Positions 1 through 9,075 of a stretch of DNA of 64,000 bases are shown here, piece by piece. The translations under genes were made by a program, and so were the position numbers. The notes under the pieces were generated by a model, which saw nothing but the letters and a program-made list of their open reading frames with translations, ran no database searches and was not told where the DNA came from. The stretch covers positions 8,020-72,019 of the forward strand of contig DCQY01000126.1 of the NCBI GenBank assembly GCA_002323995.1. The letters are read 5' to 3'. Origin of the DNA: Akkermansiaceae bacterium UBA1506 (GTDB taxonomy: Bacteria; Verrucomicrobiota; Verrucomicrobiia; Verrucomicrobiales; DEV007). The first letter of the stretch is position 1, and the number at the start of each line of letters is the position of its first letter.

Positions 1-1072
1 GCAACGCAGCCGATTGGATAACTTCTACGAGATTAAATCTCAGAAGTCGCCAGACCAGGACCTTGATATGGAACTGGTCATCCCAACGCCACCAAAACTA
101 GCCAATATCGTAGTCGAGATGAAAGAGGTGGGGTTCTTCTACGAACGCGAACCGATCTTTCTCGGGCTCGACCTCGCATTTAAGGAAGGAGAATGTGTCG
201 GCGTGGTTGGCCCTAATGGGGTGGGCAAGACAACCATGCTCAAGTTGGTTCAGGGTGAAATAGATCCAACAGAAGGTCGTGTTACCATTGGTAAACGGAC
301 TGAATTTAACTATGTCGACCAAACCCGGCTCGAACTCGATGAGGACAAGAGTGTGCTAGAAGAAGTGTCGCAGGGAATAGACTGCGTGAAGTTTGGTGAC
401 GAATCGATTTCAGTGAGAGGCTATCTTCAGCGCTTCCTCTTCAGTAATGATCGGATTAATGACCGAATTGGTAATCTGTCTGGTGGAGAAAAAAACCGTG
501 TCCTCTTGGCAAAGATTCTTAAGCGTGGTGGAAACTTTCTGGTGCTTGATGAGCCGACTAATGACCTCGACCTCCCAACCCTTCGAGTTCTGGAGGAGGC
601 GCTGATCAATTTTTCAGGCACCTCACTGGTGGTGAGCCACGATCGTTGGTTTCTCGACCGGGTCTGCGATCGAGTTATTGTTTTTGAAAAAGGTGAACCT
701 GTCACGGTGAATGAAGGTAATTACTCTTATTACCTGCAGAAGCGCAAAGCTCGAGAACTTGCATCTGCCGCAGTCAGGCCCAAATCCGTAAAAAAGCAGC
801 GGATGCGCGTTCGCCCTAATGAGCCTCGAAAATTAAAATGGAAAGAGGAGCGTGAACTGGAAGGGATGGAGGACGCCATTCTCGAGATTGAGACCGAGAT
901 CGAGGAGATGGAGACGAAGCTGAACGACCCTGAATTCTATAAAAAGAACGCTGCTTCAGCAGGGGAAGTTGGTGAGTCGCTTGAGGTGAAACGCAGTGAA
1001 GCGAAGGCGATGTATGACCGTTGGGAGGAACTTGAAGCTATCCGGGCCGCCTACGATAAGGCCACTTTGTGA
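1..1072 (+). CDS. ABC-F family ATPase (Uup/EttA-like), 5' end truncated by the window edge
   Basis: The frame is open back to position 2, and the listed start at 14 is only a TTG. Walker A GPNGVGKTT, ABC signature LSGGEKNRV and Walker B LVLDEPTNDLD are present. A C-terminal Lys/Glu-rich coiled coil is typical of the second half of ABC-F proteins. Confidence 0.85.
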   Translation, partial: QRSRLDNFYEIKSQKSPDQDLDMELVIPTPPKLANIVVEMKEVGFFYEREPIFLGLDLAFKEGECVGVVGPNGVGKTTMLKLVQGEIDPTEGRVTIGKRTEFNYVDQTRLELDEDKSVLEEVSQGIDCVKFGDESISVRGYLQRFLFSNDRINDRIGNLSGGEKNRVLLAKILKRGGNFLVLDEPTNDLDLPTLRVLEEALINFSGTSLVVSHDRWFLDRVCDRVIVFEKGEPVTVNEGNYSYYLQKRKARELASAAVRPKSVKKQRMRVRPNEPRKLKWKEERELEGMEDAILEIETEIEEMETKLNDPEFYKKNAASAGEVGESLEVKRSEAKAMYDRWEELEAIRAAYDKATL

Positions 1073-1167
1073 GGTGGGCTGTCATGAAGGCATTCAGGAG
1101 ATTGGCGGTTGCGTAATTCTGAAGGAAAAAGCTTTAGTATTAAGGGTAGCTGAAGCACATTCTTCCT

Positions 1168-1896
1168 ATGGAAAAGTTGATAAGAGCATTCGCGTTTCTC
1201 TCTCTGGTTGGCAGCATTTTCTTCGTGGAGGCACAGGAGACCGAAGAAGAGGAGAATTCCCTGGGTGCCTTGTTCAACAAAGTGAAGGATATCAAGGTGC
1301 CCGACTCAGTCTCTAATCTGCCGAATCAGATTACTGAGCTTAAAGAGTCCTATCTCGAAACGACGAAGACTCTTGAGACGCTTCGGATTGAGGTGGGGCA
1401 ACTTCGCGACGAGGTCTACATGTTAAAAAAGGAAAACGAGGAACTTCGCGCCGCCGTGGGGGTGAAGACGAAGGAAAATAAAATCACCGCAATGCTGAAA
1501 CCGATCGAGATCACCGCGTCGGACCTCGTTGCCGAATTCAGGTCGGATAAAGTGGCTGCCGATGCCAAGTATCGAGACCGTTATCTCAAAGTGGTTGGGT
1601 TGATATCTGCTTTTGAAACCGGTTCTTCTTCAATTGAATTGTTTTTGCGTGCCGATGGCAGTGATTCCCAGGTTCGCTGCTTGTTAATGGCCGGCCCTGA
1701 TTTTTTTGTCGATGTGCTTCCATCTCAGGGTCAACTTATCAGTCGCAACGATCGTCGTCCTCTCTTAAGCGTCGGACAGCCTGTTGCGGTTCTTGGCACT
1801 TGTTATGGTTCCGGATTAAATGTGGAAATGGGAAATTCGCGTATCGATGGTCTCACCGAGAAGCGAATTGAGAAAAAGCCTGATTCCAAAAAGTAA
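1168..1896 (+). CDS. Secreted coiled-coil protein with a C-terminal OB-fold-like (tRNA_anti-like) region
   Basis: N-terminal signal peptide (FAFLSLVGSIFFVEAQ). A heptad-like segment (LKESYLETTKTLETLRIEVGQLRDEVYMLKKENEELRA) follows. The C-terminal ITASDLVAEFRSDKVAADAKYRDRYLKVVG pattern resembles the tRNA_anti-like OB family. Function unknown. Confidence 0.5.
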   Translation: MEKLIRAFAFLSLVGSIFFVEAQETEEEENSLGALFNKVKDIKVPDSVSNLPNQITELKESYLETTKTLETLRIEVGQLRDEVYMLKKENEELRAAVGVKTKENKITAMLKPIEITASDLVAEFRSDKVAADAKYRDRYLKVVGLISAFETGSSSIELFLRADGSDSQVRCLLMAGPDFFVDVLPSQGQLISRNDRRPLLSVGQPVAVLGTCYGSGLNVEMGNSRIDGLTEKRIEKKPDSKK

Positions 1897-2006
1897 TGGT
1901 ATTGCGAGCTCGGTTTCTTTGAGTGTTAAAGTTAAGGTATCCGTGATCAAACCATCATAATAGGTTTAATTCCTTGTTTGGTTGAGAGGATTAGGATTGA
2001 CTCTGA

Positions 2007-3428
2007 TTGATGATTCGAAATTTTGTAATTTCCCTCTTCGTGGTAGCCGCTTGCCTTTTTGCACCGCTATCTTTCGCTGATTCAAAGCCCAACTTTGTCA
2101 TCATTTTCACGGACGACCAAGGCTATGGGGACTTGGGATGTTTCGGGTCTACGAAGATAAAGACGCCTCATATTGACCGAATTGCTGAAGAAGGGCGGAA
2201 GTTCACCAGCTTTATGTCGGCCTCGCCGGTTTGTACGCCATCGCGGGCTGCCCTATTGACCGGAAGTTACCCCAAGCGGGTGGGATTGCATGCTGGCGTA
2301 TTGTTTCCTCAGTCGAATAAAGGTTTGAACCCCGAAGAGTATACGATTGCTGATCATTTAAGCGCGCAGGGCTACGCGACGGCCTGTTTTGGAAAGTGGC
2401 ACCTTGGGCACCACCCTGAAACCCTGCCACAGCAACATGGATTCGACACTTATTGGGGAATTCCCTATAGCAACGACATGAATCATCCAGACAATAAGGG
2501 TAAACCCAAGGTGTCCTCAGACGATCTTTGGCGCGATCAGGAAAGCGCACTCACACTTTGGAACACGCCGTTGATGGAAAACGAAAAAATCGTCGAGTTG
2601 CCCGTTGACCAGCGCACGGTGACGCGTCGCTACACAGACAAGGCGATCGAATTTATCGAAGAAAACAAGGAGGCGCCGTTTTTTGTCTATCTTCCTCACT
2701 CGATGCCTCACATTCCTCTCTATGTTCCCGAGGATGTTCTCGATCCCGACCCGCAGAACGCCTACACCAACACGATTGAGCATATCGACGCCGAAGTGGG
2801 TCGCCTCATGGGTAAGATTCGTGAATGGGGATTGTCTGAAACTACCTACGTTATCTACACCACGGATAACGGGCCGTGGCTTCGATTTGGCAATCATGGT
2901 GGGTCTGCTGGACAGCTCCGGGAAGGGAAGGGAACGACCTTCGAAGGTGGGCAGCGGGTGCCCTGCGTGATGTGGGCTCCGGGACGAATTCCTGCTGGTA
3001 GTGAGTGTGACGAGTTGGCAGGAACAATCGATTTGCTTCCAACAATTGCCGCCTTGTCCGGGGAACCACTCCCTCGTGACCGGAAGATTGATGGTAAGGA
3101 TATTTCTCTGATTTTGACTCAGGATGCCGAGAGTCCGCGCCAAGAATTTTTGCACTACACGTCTCGCGGAGAGCTAGAGGGATTGCGGCAGGGAAATTGG
3201 AAGCTACTCGTGAAAAGGGCTCCGGCCCCTCGCGGGAAAAATAAGGGTAAGCAAGCCCCGCGAGACTCTGAGGTGATGCTTTTTGATCTCTCCGTTGATG
3301 TTGGTGAGCAAACCAACTTAGCTACTTCTAATCCTGAGATAGTGGATACGATGAAGAGGCGAATGGTCGAGCTTGATAGCGAGATTGAAGCGAACGCAAG
3401 ATCTGCTTGGGAAAAAGAAGGTGGCTGA
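2007..3428 (+). CDS. Arylsulfatase (Cys-type, formylglycine-dependent)
   Basis: Signal peptide. N-terminal FTDDQGYGDLG metal-binding motif. Sulfatase signature CTPSRAALLTG, plus GKWHLG and TTDNGP motifs. The first ATG is at 2010; 2007 is TTG. Confidence 0.9.
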   Translation: MMIRNFVISLFVVAACLFAPLSFADSKPNFVIIFTDDQGYGDLGCFGSTKIKTPHIDRIAEEGRKFTSFMSASPVCTPSRAALLTGSYPKRVGLHAGVLFPQSNKGLNPEEYTIADHLSAQGYATACFGKWHLGHHPETLPQQHGFDTYWGIPYSNDMNHPDNKGKPKVSSDDLWRDQESALTLWNTPLMENEKIVELPVDQRTVTRRYTDKAIEFIEENKEAPFFVYLPHSMPHIPLYVPEDVLDPDPQNAYTNTIEHIDAEVGRLMGKIREWGLSETTYVIYTTDNGPWLRFGNHGGSAGQLREGKGTTFEGGQRVPCVMWAPGRIPAGSECDELAGTIDLLPTIAALSGEPLPRDRKIDGKDISLILTQDAESPRQEFLHYTSRGELEGLRQGNWKLLVKRAPAPRGKNKGKQAPRDSEVMLFDLSVDVGEQTNLATSNPEIVDTMKRRMVELDSEIEANARSAWEKEGG

Positions 3429-3449
3429 TTCTCGTCGGGATTACCTCAA

Positions 3450-4649
3450 TTAAGCAACAACGTCGATCCCTTGTGGCGTGTCAGGGTAGCTCCACTCCTC
3501 AAAGGCGAAGCGCCAACGCCCGCGGACGGCAGTGACTTGGGCCTGGGTGATCTGGTGAGTATTCTTTTGGTAGTTCCGATTTACCTCGAGGTATTTTGAA
3601 ATCTTTTCGAGTCCGTTGGACTGGCCCGGTAGGTCAAGCTGCTGATAGATCCGTTTAATTTCGTCGATGGGTTGTTTCGTTAAATCTTCGAAGCGGGTCT
3701 CAATGAGATTTTCTTTGGGGATCTGGGCGCGCTCTTTGAGATATCGCTTCATGAGTTGTTCGTAGAATTCAAGAACATGATCATCGATATCAAAATCTTG
3801 AAAGTTCTGCCATGAAAGGGGGGGGAGGGCACCTATGTAGCGAAGGGAAGATGAGGTGAATACCTTGAAGGGGTCCCGAATAATGTGGATAAATTTGGCG
3901 TTCGGAAAGTGCTTCAACAGGAAAGGGATTCTCCCTGTCGACGCCGGGTTTTTCAGGAGGAGTTGCTTGCCGTGGTGAAAGTAGTCCAGTTTTTTCAGGA
4001 GTTGTAAGTAAGCGGCTGTGAAAGTTTCGATCTTCTTACTCGATAAGCCTCGGAAAAAGACGGATTCGTAGAAGTGTCGCTTAGCCTCTCGAGGAAAGTA
4101 GTAGGTTTTGAATTCTGATATAGGGTTCAAATTGGCCATCGCCAGGTCATCTTCTTGTGGAGTATCGAGACCAATGGAAACATTATCAAAGCCGCGGGTC
4201 TTGGGCATGCTTTGTTTCATTATAAAACGACCGATAGCGACTTTCTTGCCCAGCATGTTCAGCGGCATATTTGCCTGGTAGAAGCTTAGCCATCCGAATT
4301 GAGGATCCTGACTGAGTAGATTATGCAAGTGAGTAGTCCCACTGCGCCAATGACCGAGGATAAAGACCGGGTCTTTTGATAAATGGCGCGCTTGCACTTG
4401 TTTTCCCCAGCGCCATCGCTCGTAAAGGGTAAAAGGTTTGCGCAACATAATGCCAGTTCGACAGGTGGAACGCATTCTCCGAGTTCGCTCACTGAAGGGG
4501 GCATTTTCTTTGTTATAATGGTGAAACGTTTCAAGGTCGCAACCTCCCAGGGGATGAAGGGGAGGCGCGGGCTGCTCAGCGGCTTTTTTGAGACGTTCGG
4601 AAGGTGGCATTTTGGAGGTGAGATTCGTCGCGGTAGCAGAATCCGTCAA
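3450..4649 (-). CDS. PAPS-dependent sulfotransferase family protein
   Basis: 5'-PSB-like motif LGHWRSGTTHLHNLL and 3'-PB-like motif IHIIRDPFKVFTSS. The listed start at 4649 is TTG and overlaps the upstream stop (TTGA). The first ATG is at 4610. Confidence 0.8.
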   Translation of the reverse strand: MTDSATATNLTSKMPPSERLKKAAEQPAPPLHPLGGCDLETFHHYNKENAPFSERTRRMRSTCRTGIMLRKPFTLYERWRWGKQVQARHLSKDPVFILGHWRSGTTHLHNLLSQDPQFGWLSFYQANMPLNMLGKKVAIGRFIMKQSMPKTRGFDNVSIGLDTPQEDDLAMANLNPISEFKTYYFPREAKRHFYESVFFRGLSSKKIETFTAAYLQLLKKLDYFHHGKQLLLKNPASTGRIPFLLKHFPNAKFIHIIRDPFKVFTSSSLRYIGALPPLSWQNFQDFDIDDHVLEFYEQLMKRYLKERAQIPKENLIETRFEDLTKQPIDEIKRIYQQLDLPGQSNGLEKISKYLEVNRNYQKNTHQITQAQVTAVRGRWRFAFEEWSYPDTPQGIDVVA

Positions 4650-5893
4650 CTCTTGTGGGAGAGAACCGTGGTGTTCCCGCCTGCCTTAACCCGATATCGA
4701 ATCCCGGCCCACGTGATCTTATTTTTGAACAATACGCTGACAACAAAAATGAATTGTAGGCCCATCCAGATTGGAGTGCAGAGATGTTCAATCAAAATTG
4801 TCTTGTCTAGACTCCGAACCGTCTCGGGTTGGTGGCGGAACTGATACTGATAAATCTTACGGCGACAAAAAGCCCGAACCTGGTCGCTTAGCATCACAGC
4901 AACCAGAGGGAGCCAGCCGAGAGGATTATTCAAGCACGTGATCGCAATAATCGAACTGATAAAGCCGGCAAGATAGAAACCGGTGACCTCATAAGCGCTA
5001 AGGTAGAGCTTGATGGAGTAAAATTTCACCATGAAATACTGACGACTTCCGAACTCAAAGAGATCATACCAAGTGAATTGGACCGGGCTTGGAACGATGA
5101 GGGAACGAACGAAGCCAATGGTTCGACCTGAACGCTTTACGACGGAATTTAAGGTTAAATCATCGCTTAACACTCGGGAAAAACGATCGGGAATCCTGAG
5201 TTCATCGAATGTCTCACGCTCGACCGCCACCATGCCCCCCCAAGCTGTATTCAAGAAAACGTGTCCACCCATTGTGGCGCAGGAAGCGTTGATGACACTG
5301 CCGAACAAGGTTGCAGGATGGGCATCGCCGGGAATTAACCAGCGGAAGGTGGTCATCACGTCGAAATGTCCCATGTTGATGGGAACGACGAGACGGGAAA
5401 GAGTTTCCGGTGGACAGATGATGTCTGCGTCAGCAAAGGCTATGATTTCGTCGTCTTGTCGGAGAGATGCGAAAGCGGTAATTTGATTATGAACTTTTTG
5501 CCCGCAGTCTTTCGCAGGTCCGGCCACGAGCAGTGAGACACTTTCCAGACCCGAGGAAATTGATGGATACCATACCGCTTTTTTTTCAGTGACTCCGAGA
5601 TGATTACGTAGCCATGTGTAACCTTCATCTTGATCACTTTCGAATGTGAAAATGATTCGATAGTTCGTGTATGATTGAGTGATGAGGGATTTAAAAAAAG
5701 TTTCGGTGAGTTGCTTGTCGAAACCTTTCATGGCTACAATCCAACAGACCTTCTTCTGGTTGATTTCGTTTTTAGAGTCGAGCCAGCGTTGATCCTGTTG
5801 TGACCGGAAGTGCCGATAGAGAAGGGCGTTGACCATGGATAACAGTGACCCTGCCATCCACACCGTCCAGATGAGCCACAGTAACCAATCCAT
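4646..5893 (-). CDS. Membrane glycosyltransferase, GT2 superfamily, GT21-like (ceramide glucosyltransferase / HpnI-like)
   Basis: N-terminal TM helix. GT-A core (CWIVAMKGFD..QSYTNYRIIFTFESDQD), AFADADI and LSDDLTL acidic motifs, GSRQYF near the expected (Q/R)xxRW position, and several C-terminal TM helices. The ATG at 5893 is preferred over the TTG at 5992. Confidence 0.7.
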   Translation of the reverse strand: MDWLLWLIWTVWMAGSLLSMVNALLYRHFRSQQDQRWLDSKNEINQKKVCWIVAMKGFDKQLTETFFKSLITQSYTNYRIIFTFESDQDEGYTWLRNHLGVTEKKAVWYPSISSGLESVSLLVAGPAKDCGQKVHNQITAFASLRQDDEIIAFADADIICPPETLSRLVVPINMGHFDVMTTFRWLIPGDAHPATLFGSVINASCATMGGHVFLNTAWGGMVAVERETFDELRIPDRFSRVLSDDLTLNSVVKRSGRTIGFVRSLIVPSPVQFTWYDLFEFGSRQYFMVKFYSIKLYLSAYEVTGFYLAGFISSIIAITCLNNPLGWLPLVAVMLSDQVRAFCRRKIYQYQFRHQPETVRSLDKTILIEHLCTPIWMGLQFIFVVSVLFKNKITWAGIRYRVKAGGNTTVLSHKS

Positions 5894-6036
5894 TCGTGAG
5901 AACCGAGTCGAGTTTAATCCTTGAATGACGTAGGTCAATTCCCATCTGATAATGGGCAAAAAGTGGCAAGTGCTATAGCGCCGCCTACGCAAAGGCGTCG
6001 TTTTAGCGAGACGGTTTTTGACTTACACTCCCGACC

Positions 6037-7434
6037 ATGAAGCGATCCAAAGTCATATGCCTTATCTCCTCCCTTTTTCTTGTCATCGGGTGGGTAGTTC
6101 CGCTGAATTCTGCTGAAATCAAGAATGTCATTTTTCTGGTCTCGGATGATCTAAAAGCGAGTGCCTTGGGTTGCTATGGTAACGAAATCTGCCAGACGCC
6201 GAATCTCGATAGGCTGGCTGAGAGCGGCATGGTCTTTGAGAGAACCTATTGTCAGGGAACTAGTTGTGGTCCGTCTCGGCGTTCTTTCATGTATAGTCGA
6301 TACTCAGGCGAGCGTGGAAAAACGATCGGGGAACATCTGATCTCTCAGGGATTTTATAGTGCGCGTGTTGGCAAGATTTTCCACATGCGAGTCCCAGGTG
6401 ATATTATTGCCGGAACCGATGGTGTTGATGTTAAGGAGACGTGGACAGAGCGCTATAATACCCAGGGACAGGAAGCGCATACCGAAGGACTGTATCGCCT
6501 TCTCAATCATAATCTTTCGACTCGGGCACCTGAGAATCGTCAGTCAACTAAGATGCCTTATCGCATGTTTGCCAGCGTTGTATCAGATGGAGATGGTTCA
6601 GAGCAACCAGACTTCAAAGCTGCGGTGAGGACAGTGGAACTGTTAGGGCAACGAGTCGCGGCGGATGATCGTTTCTTTCTCGCTACCGGTTTCGTGAGAC
6701 CGCACTACCCGAGCGTAGCGCCAAAGAGATACTTCGATATGTATCCGCTGGAGTCTATCCCTGCGCCTTTCGTTCCAGAAGACGATCTCGATGATATTCC
6801 GAAGCTCGGGATCGCCAAAATGACTGATGAGACCAGCGGTATCGGCAGGTACCCTGACAATATTCGGCAGATGTGGGCGGACTATTATGCGACTGTCACC
6901 TTTATGGACGAACAGGTTGGCAAAGTGCTTGCCGAACTTGACGCAAAGGGGCTGCGAGATTCCACGGTGGTGATCTTCACCAGCGACCACGGATACCATC
7001 TCGGCGAGCACCACATGTGGCAGAAGTCGAACTTTCACGAAGAGGCTGCACGCGTGCCCTTAATTATTTCAGCTCCCGGATTCAAACCGGGCCGCTCGCT
7101 GTCGATGACGGAGTTGGTGGATATCTACCCGACCGTTTGTGAGTTGCTTGGAGTCCGAACTCCAAAAGAAGTTCAGGGAACCAGCCTCGTTCCGATTCTT
7201 AAGGATCCGAAAACAAGGGTGAAGGAAGCGTCCCTGACGCTGGACAAATCCGGTCGAGGACTGCGCGCCACGGACTGGGCCTACATGCGTTACAAAGACG
7301 GAACTGAGGAACTTTATGATATGGTTAATGATCCCGGTCAGTTTACCAATGTGTTCGATCGTGAAGAATTGAGCGGGAAGAAATTGGAGATGAGTGAGTT
7401 GCTCGATGAGATCGAGCAGAAGGTCGAAAACTGA
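6037..7434 (+). CDS. Sulfatase (Cys-type; iduronate-2-sulfatase-like)
   Basis: Signal peptide, SDDLKA, CGPSRRSF (C-x-P-S-R) and TSDHGYHLGEH motifs. Confidence 0.85.
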   Translation: MKRSKVICLISSLFLVIGWVVPLNSAEIKNVIFLVSDDLKASALGCYGNEICQTPNLDRLAESGMVFERTYCQGTSCGPSRRSFMYSRYSGERGKTIGEHLISQGFYSARVGKIFHMRVPGDIIAGTDGVDVKETWTERYNTQGQEAHTEGLYRLLNHNLSTRAPENRQSTKMPYRMFASVVSDGDGSEQPDFKAAVRTVELLGQRVAADDRFFLATGFVRPHYPSVAPKRYFDMYPLESIPAPFVPEDDLDDIPKLGIAKMTDETSGIGRYPDNIRQMWADYYATVTFMDEQVGKVLAELDAKGLRDSTVVIFTSDHGYHLGEHHMWQKSNFHEEAARVPLIISAPGFKPGRSLSMTELVDIYPTVCELLGVRTPKEVQGTSLVPILKDPKTRVKEASLTLDKSGRGLRATDWAYMRYKDGTEELYDMVNDPGQFTNVFDREELSGKKLEMSELLDEIEQKVEN

Positions 7435-7613
7435 CCTACTCGCTCTAAAGCGGCTTTATCATTTCGGGTGGCACCTTTGCTATGTGACGTCTTCCGTGGA
7501 AGCGGTCATCCCATCTAAGCGGTAGTCGCAAGTCCAATATTGGAGTTAGGTAATGTGTTTCCGAACATGTGGCCGTCCTGATCGGGGTTCTCGCCGGGCT
7601 GAAAGCGAAAGCG

Positions 7614-9050
7614 TTACGCAATGATATCCTTCACAACGTGACCGTGCACATCGGTGAGACGAAAGTGGCGTCCTTGATATTGGAAAGTAAGGTGTTCGTG
7701 ATCGATGCCGAGCTGGTTCAGGATAGTGGCGTGGAAATCGTGGACATGGACGCCCCCATCGACAACGCTGTAGCCATATTCGTCGGTCTGCCCGTGGTTG
7801 TAGCCCCCTTTGATGCCACCGCCCGCCATCCAGGTAGAGTAGCAGCGTGGGTGGTGGTCACGTCCGAAATTCTTGTCGTTCAGCTTGCCCTGGCAATAGT
7901 TGGTTCGGCCGAATTCGCCGCCCCAGATCACCAGCGTGTCATCGAGCAGGCCGCGCTGTTTAAGATCTGTGACGAGAGCCGCAGAAGCTTTGTCCGTTTC
8001 GAGACACTGCTGGGGAAGCTTGCCGGGGAGGTTGCTGTGTTGATCCCATCCCTGGTGGTAGAGCTGGATAAACTGGACGCCCTGTTCTGCCATGCGACGA
8101 GCCATCAGGCAATTGGCGGCGAAGGTTCCCGGTTTGCGGGCTTCTTCTCCGTAGAGCTCGAAGGTGGAGTCCGGCTCCTTGGAAAGATCGGTGACATCGG
8201 GGATCGAAGTCTGCATGCGAAAACCCATCTCGTACTGAGCGATCCGCGTTTCGAGTGCGGTATCTCCTGTCTTGGCGAGTGCGATCTGGTGGAGTTCCTC
8301 GAGACGGTCCAGCATCATGCGGCGTGACTTTCTTTCGAGGCCGTTGGGATTGTTGAGATAAAGAACGGCATCTTTGTCAGGACGAAATCGGACACCGTCG
8401 TGCTTGCCAGAAAGGAAGCCGCTGCCCCAGAGTCGGCTTACCAGTGGTTGACCGCCCTTGTTGGCCGTGACGAGGACGACGAAGTTGGGCAGGTTCTCGT
8501 TGGTGGAACCAAGACCGTAGGAAAGCCATGATCCAATGCTGGGACGACCAGCGATTTGGGAGCCGGTCTGCATGAAGGTGACACCCGGGCCGTGGTTGAT
8601 TGCCTCGGTATACATGGAATTGATCACCGTGATGTCATCGGCAATGCCCGCAGTATATGGGAGCAGTTCGCTCACCCAGGTGCCGTCTTGTCCATGCTGG
8701 GTGAACTTGTAGGGAGACCCGACAAGCGGAAGGCTCGACTGGTTGCCGGACATGCCGGTGAGGCGCTGACCCTTGCGAACAGATTCCGGGAGTTCCTTGC
8801 CGTGTTCCCGGTTGAGGCGCGGTTTATGGTCGAACAAGTCGATTTGAGACGGACCACCTCCTTGGAAGAGATAAATGACGCGTTTGGCCTTTGGTTCCCT
8901 GCTGAGAAAGCGGGATTGGTTGGGCTTGGCCTGGGCCTTACCGTTGAGAAGACTGCCAAGAGCAAGGCTGCCAAGGCCACCTGCGAAGCTGGCCAGTGAG
9001 GCACGGCGGCTCATACCGAAGGGAGAGTCAAATCCGGTGCAGGTCTTCAT
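7614..9050 (-). CDS. DUF1501 domain protein (sulfatase-fold) with a Tat signal
   Basis: Twin-arginine leader MSRRASLASFAGGLGSLALG. Conserved GGPSQIDLFD, GRDHH and WGGEFGRT-type motifs characteristic of DUF1501. The ATG at 9050 is preferred; 9101 is TTG and overlaps the upstream gene. Confidence 0.85.
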   Translation of the reverse strand: MKTCTGFDSPFGMSRRASLASFAGGLGSLALGSLLNGKAQAKPNQSRFLSREPKAKRVIYLFQGGGPSQIDLFDHKPRLNREHGKELPESVRKGQRLTGMSGNQSSLPLVGSPYKFTQHGQDGTWVSELLPYTAGIADDITVINSMYTEAINHGPGVTFMQTGSQIAGRPSIGSWLSYGLGSTNENLPNFVVLVTANKGGQPLVSRLWGSGFLSGKHDGVRFRPDKDAVLYLNNPNGLERKSRRMMLDRLEELHQIALAKTGDTALETRIAQYEMGFRMQTSIPDVTDLSKEPDSTFELYGEEARKPGTFAANCLMARRMAEQGVQFIQLYHQGWDQHSNLPGKLPQQCLETDKASAALVTDLKQRGLLDDTLVIWGGEFGRTNYCQGKLNDKNFGRDHHPRCYSTWMAGGGIKGGYNHGQTDEYGYSVVDGGVHVHDFHATILNQLGIDHEHLTFQYQGRHFRLTDVHGHVVKDIIA

Positions 9051-9075
9051 GGACAAATGGTGGGTCGGGTTATCG

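Noticed and set aside
7569-8327. 252-aa ORF on the + strand, and similar long ORFs at 8556-8999, 10075-10743, 10918-11352 and 11455-12063
   Set aside because: They lie antisense within well-supported DUF1501 and DUF1553 genes. Their composition is Val/Gly/Ala-rich shadow-frame sequence with no motifs. These are typical antisense shadow ORFs.
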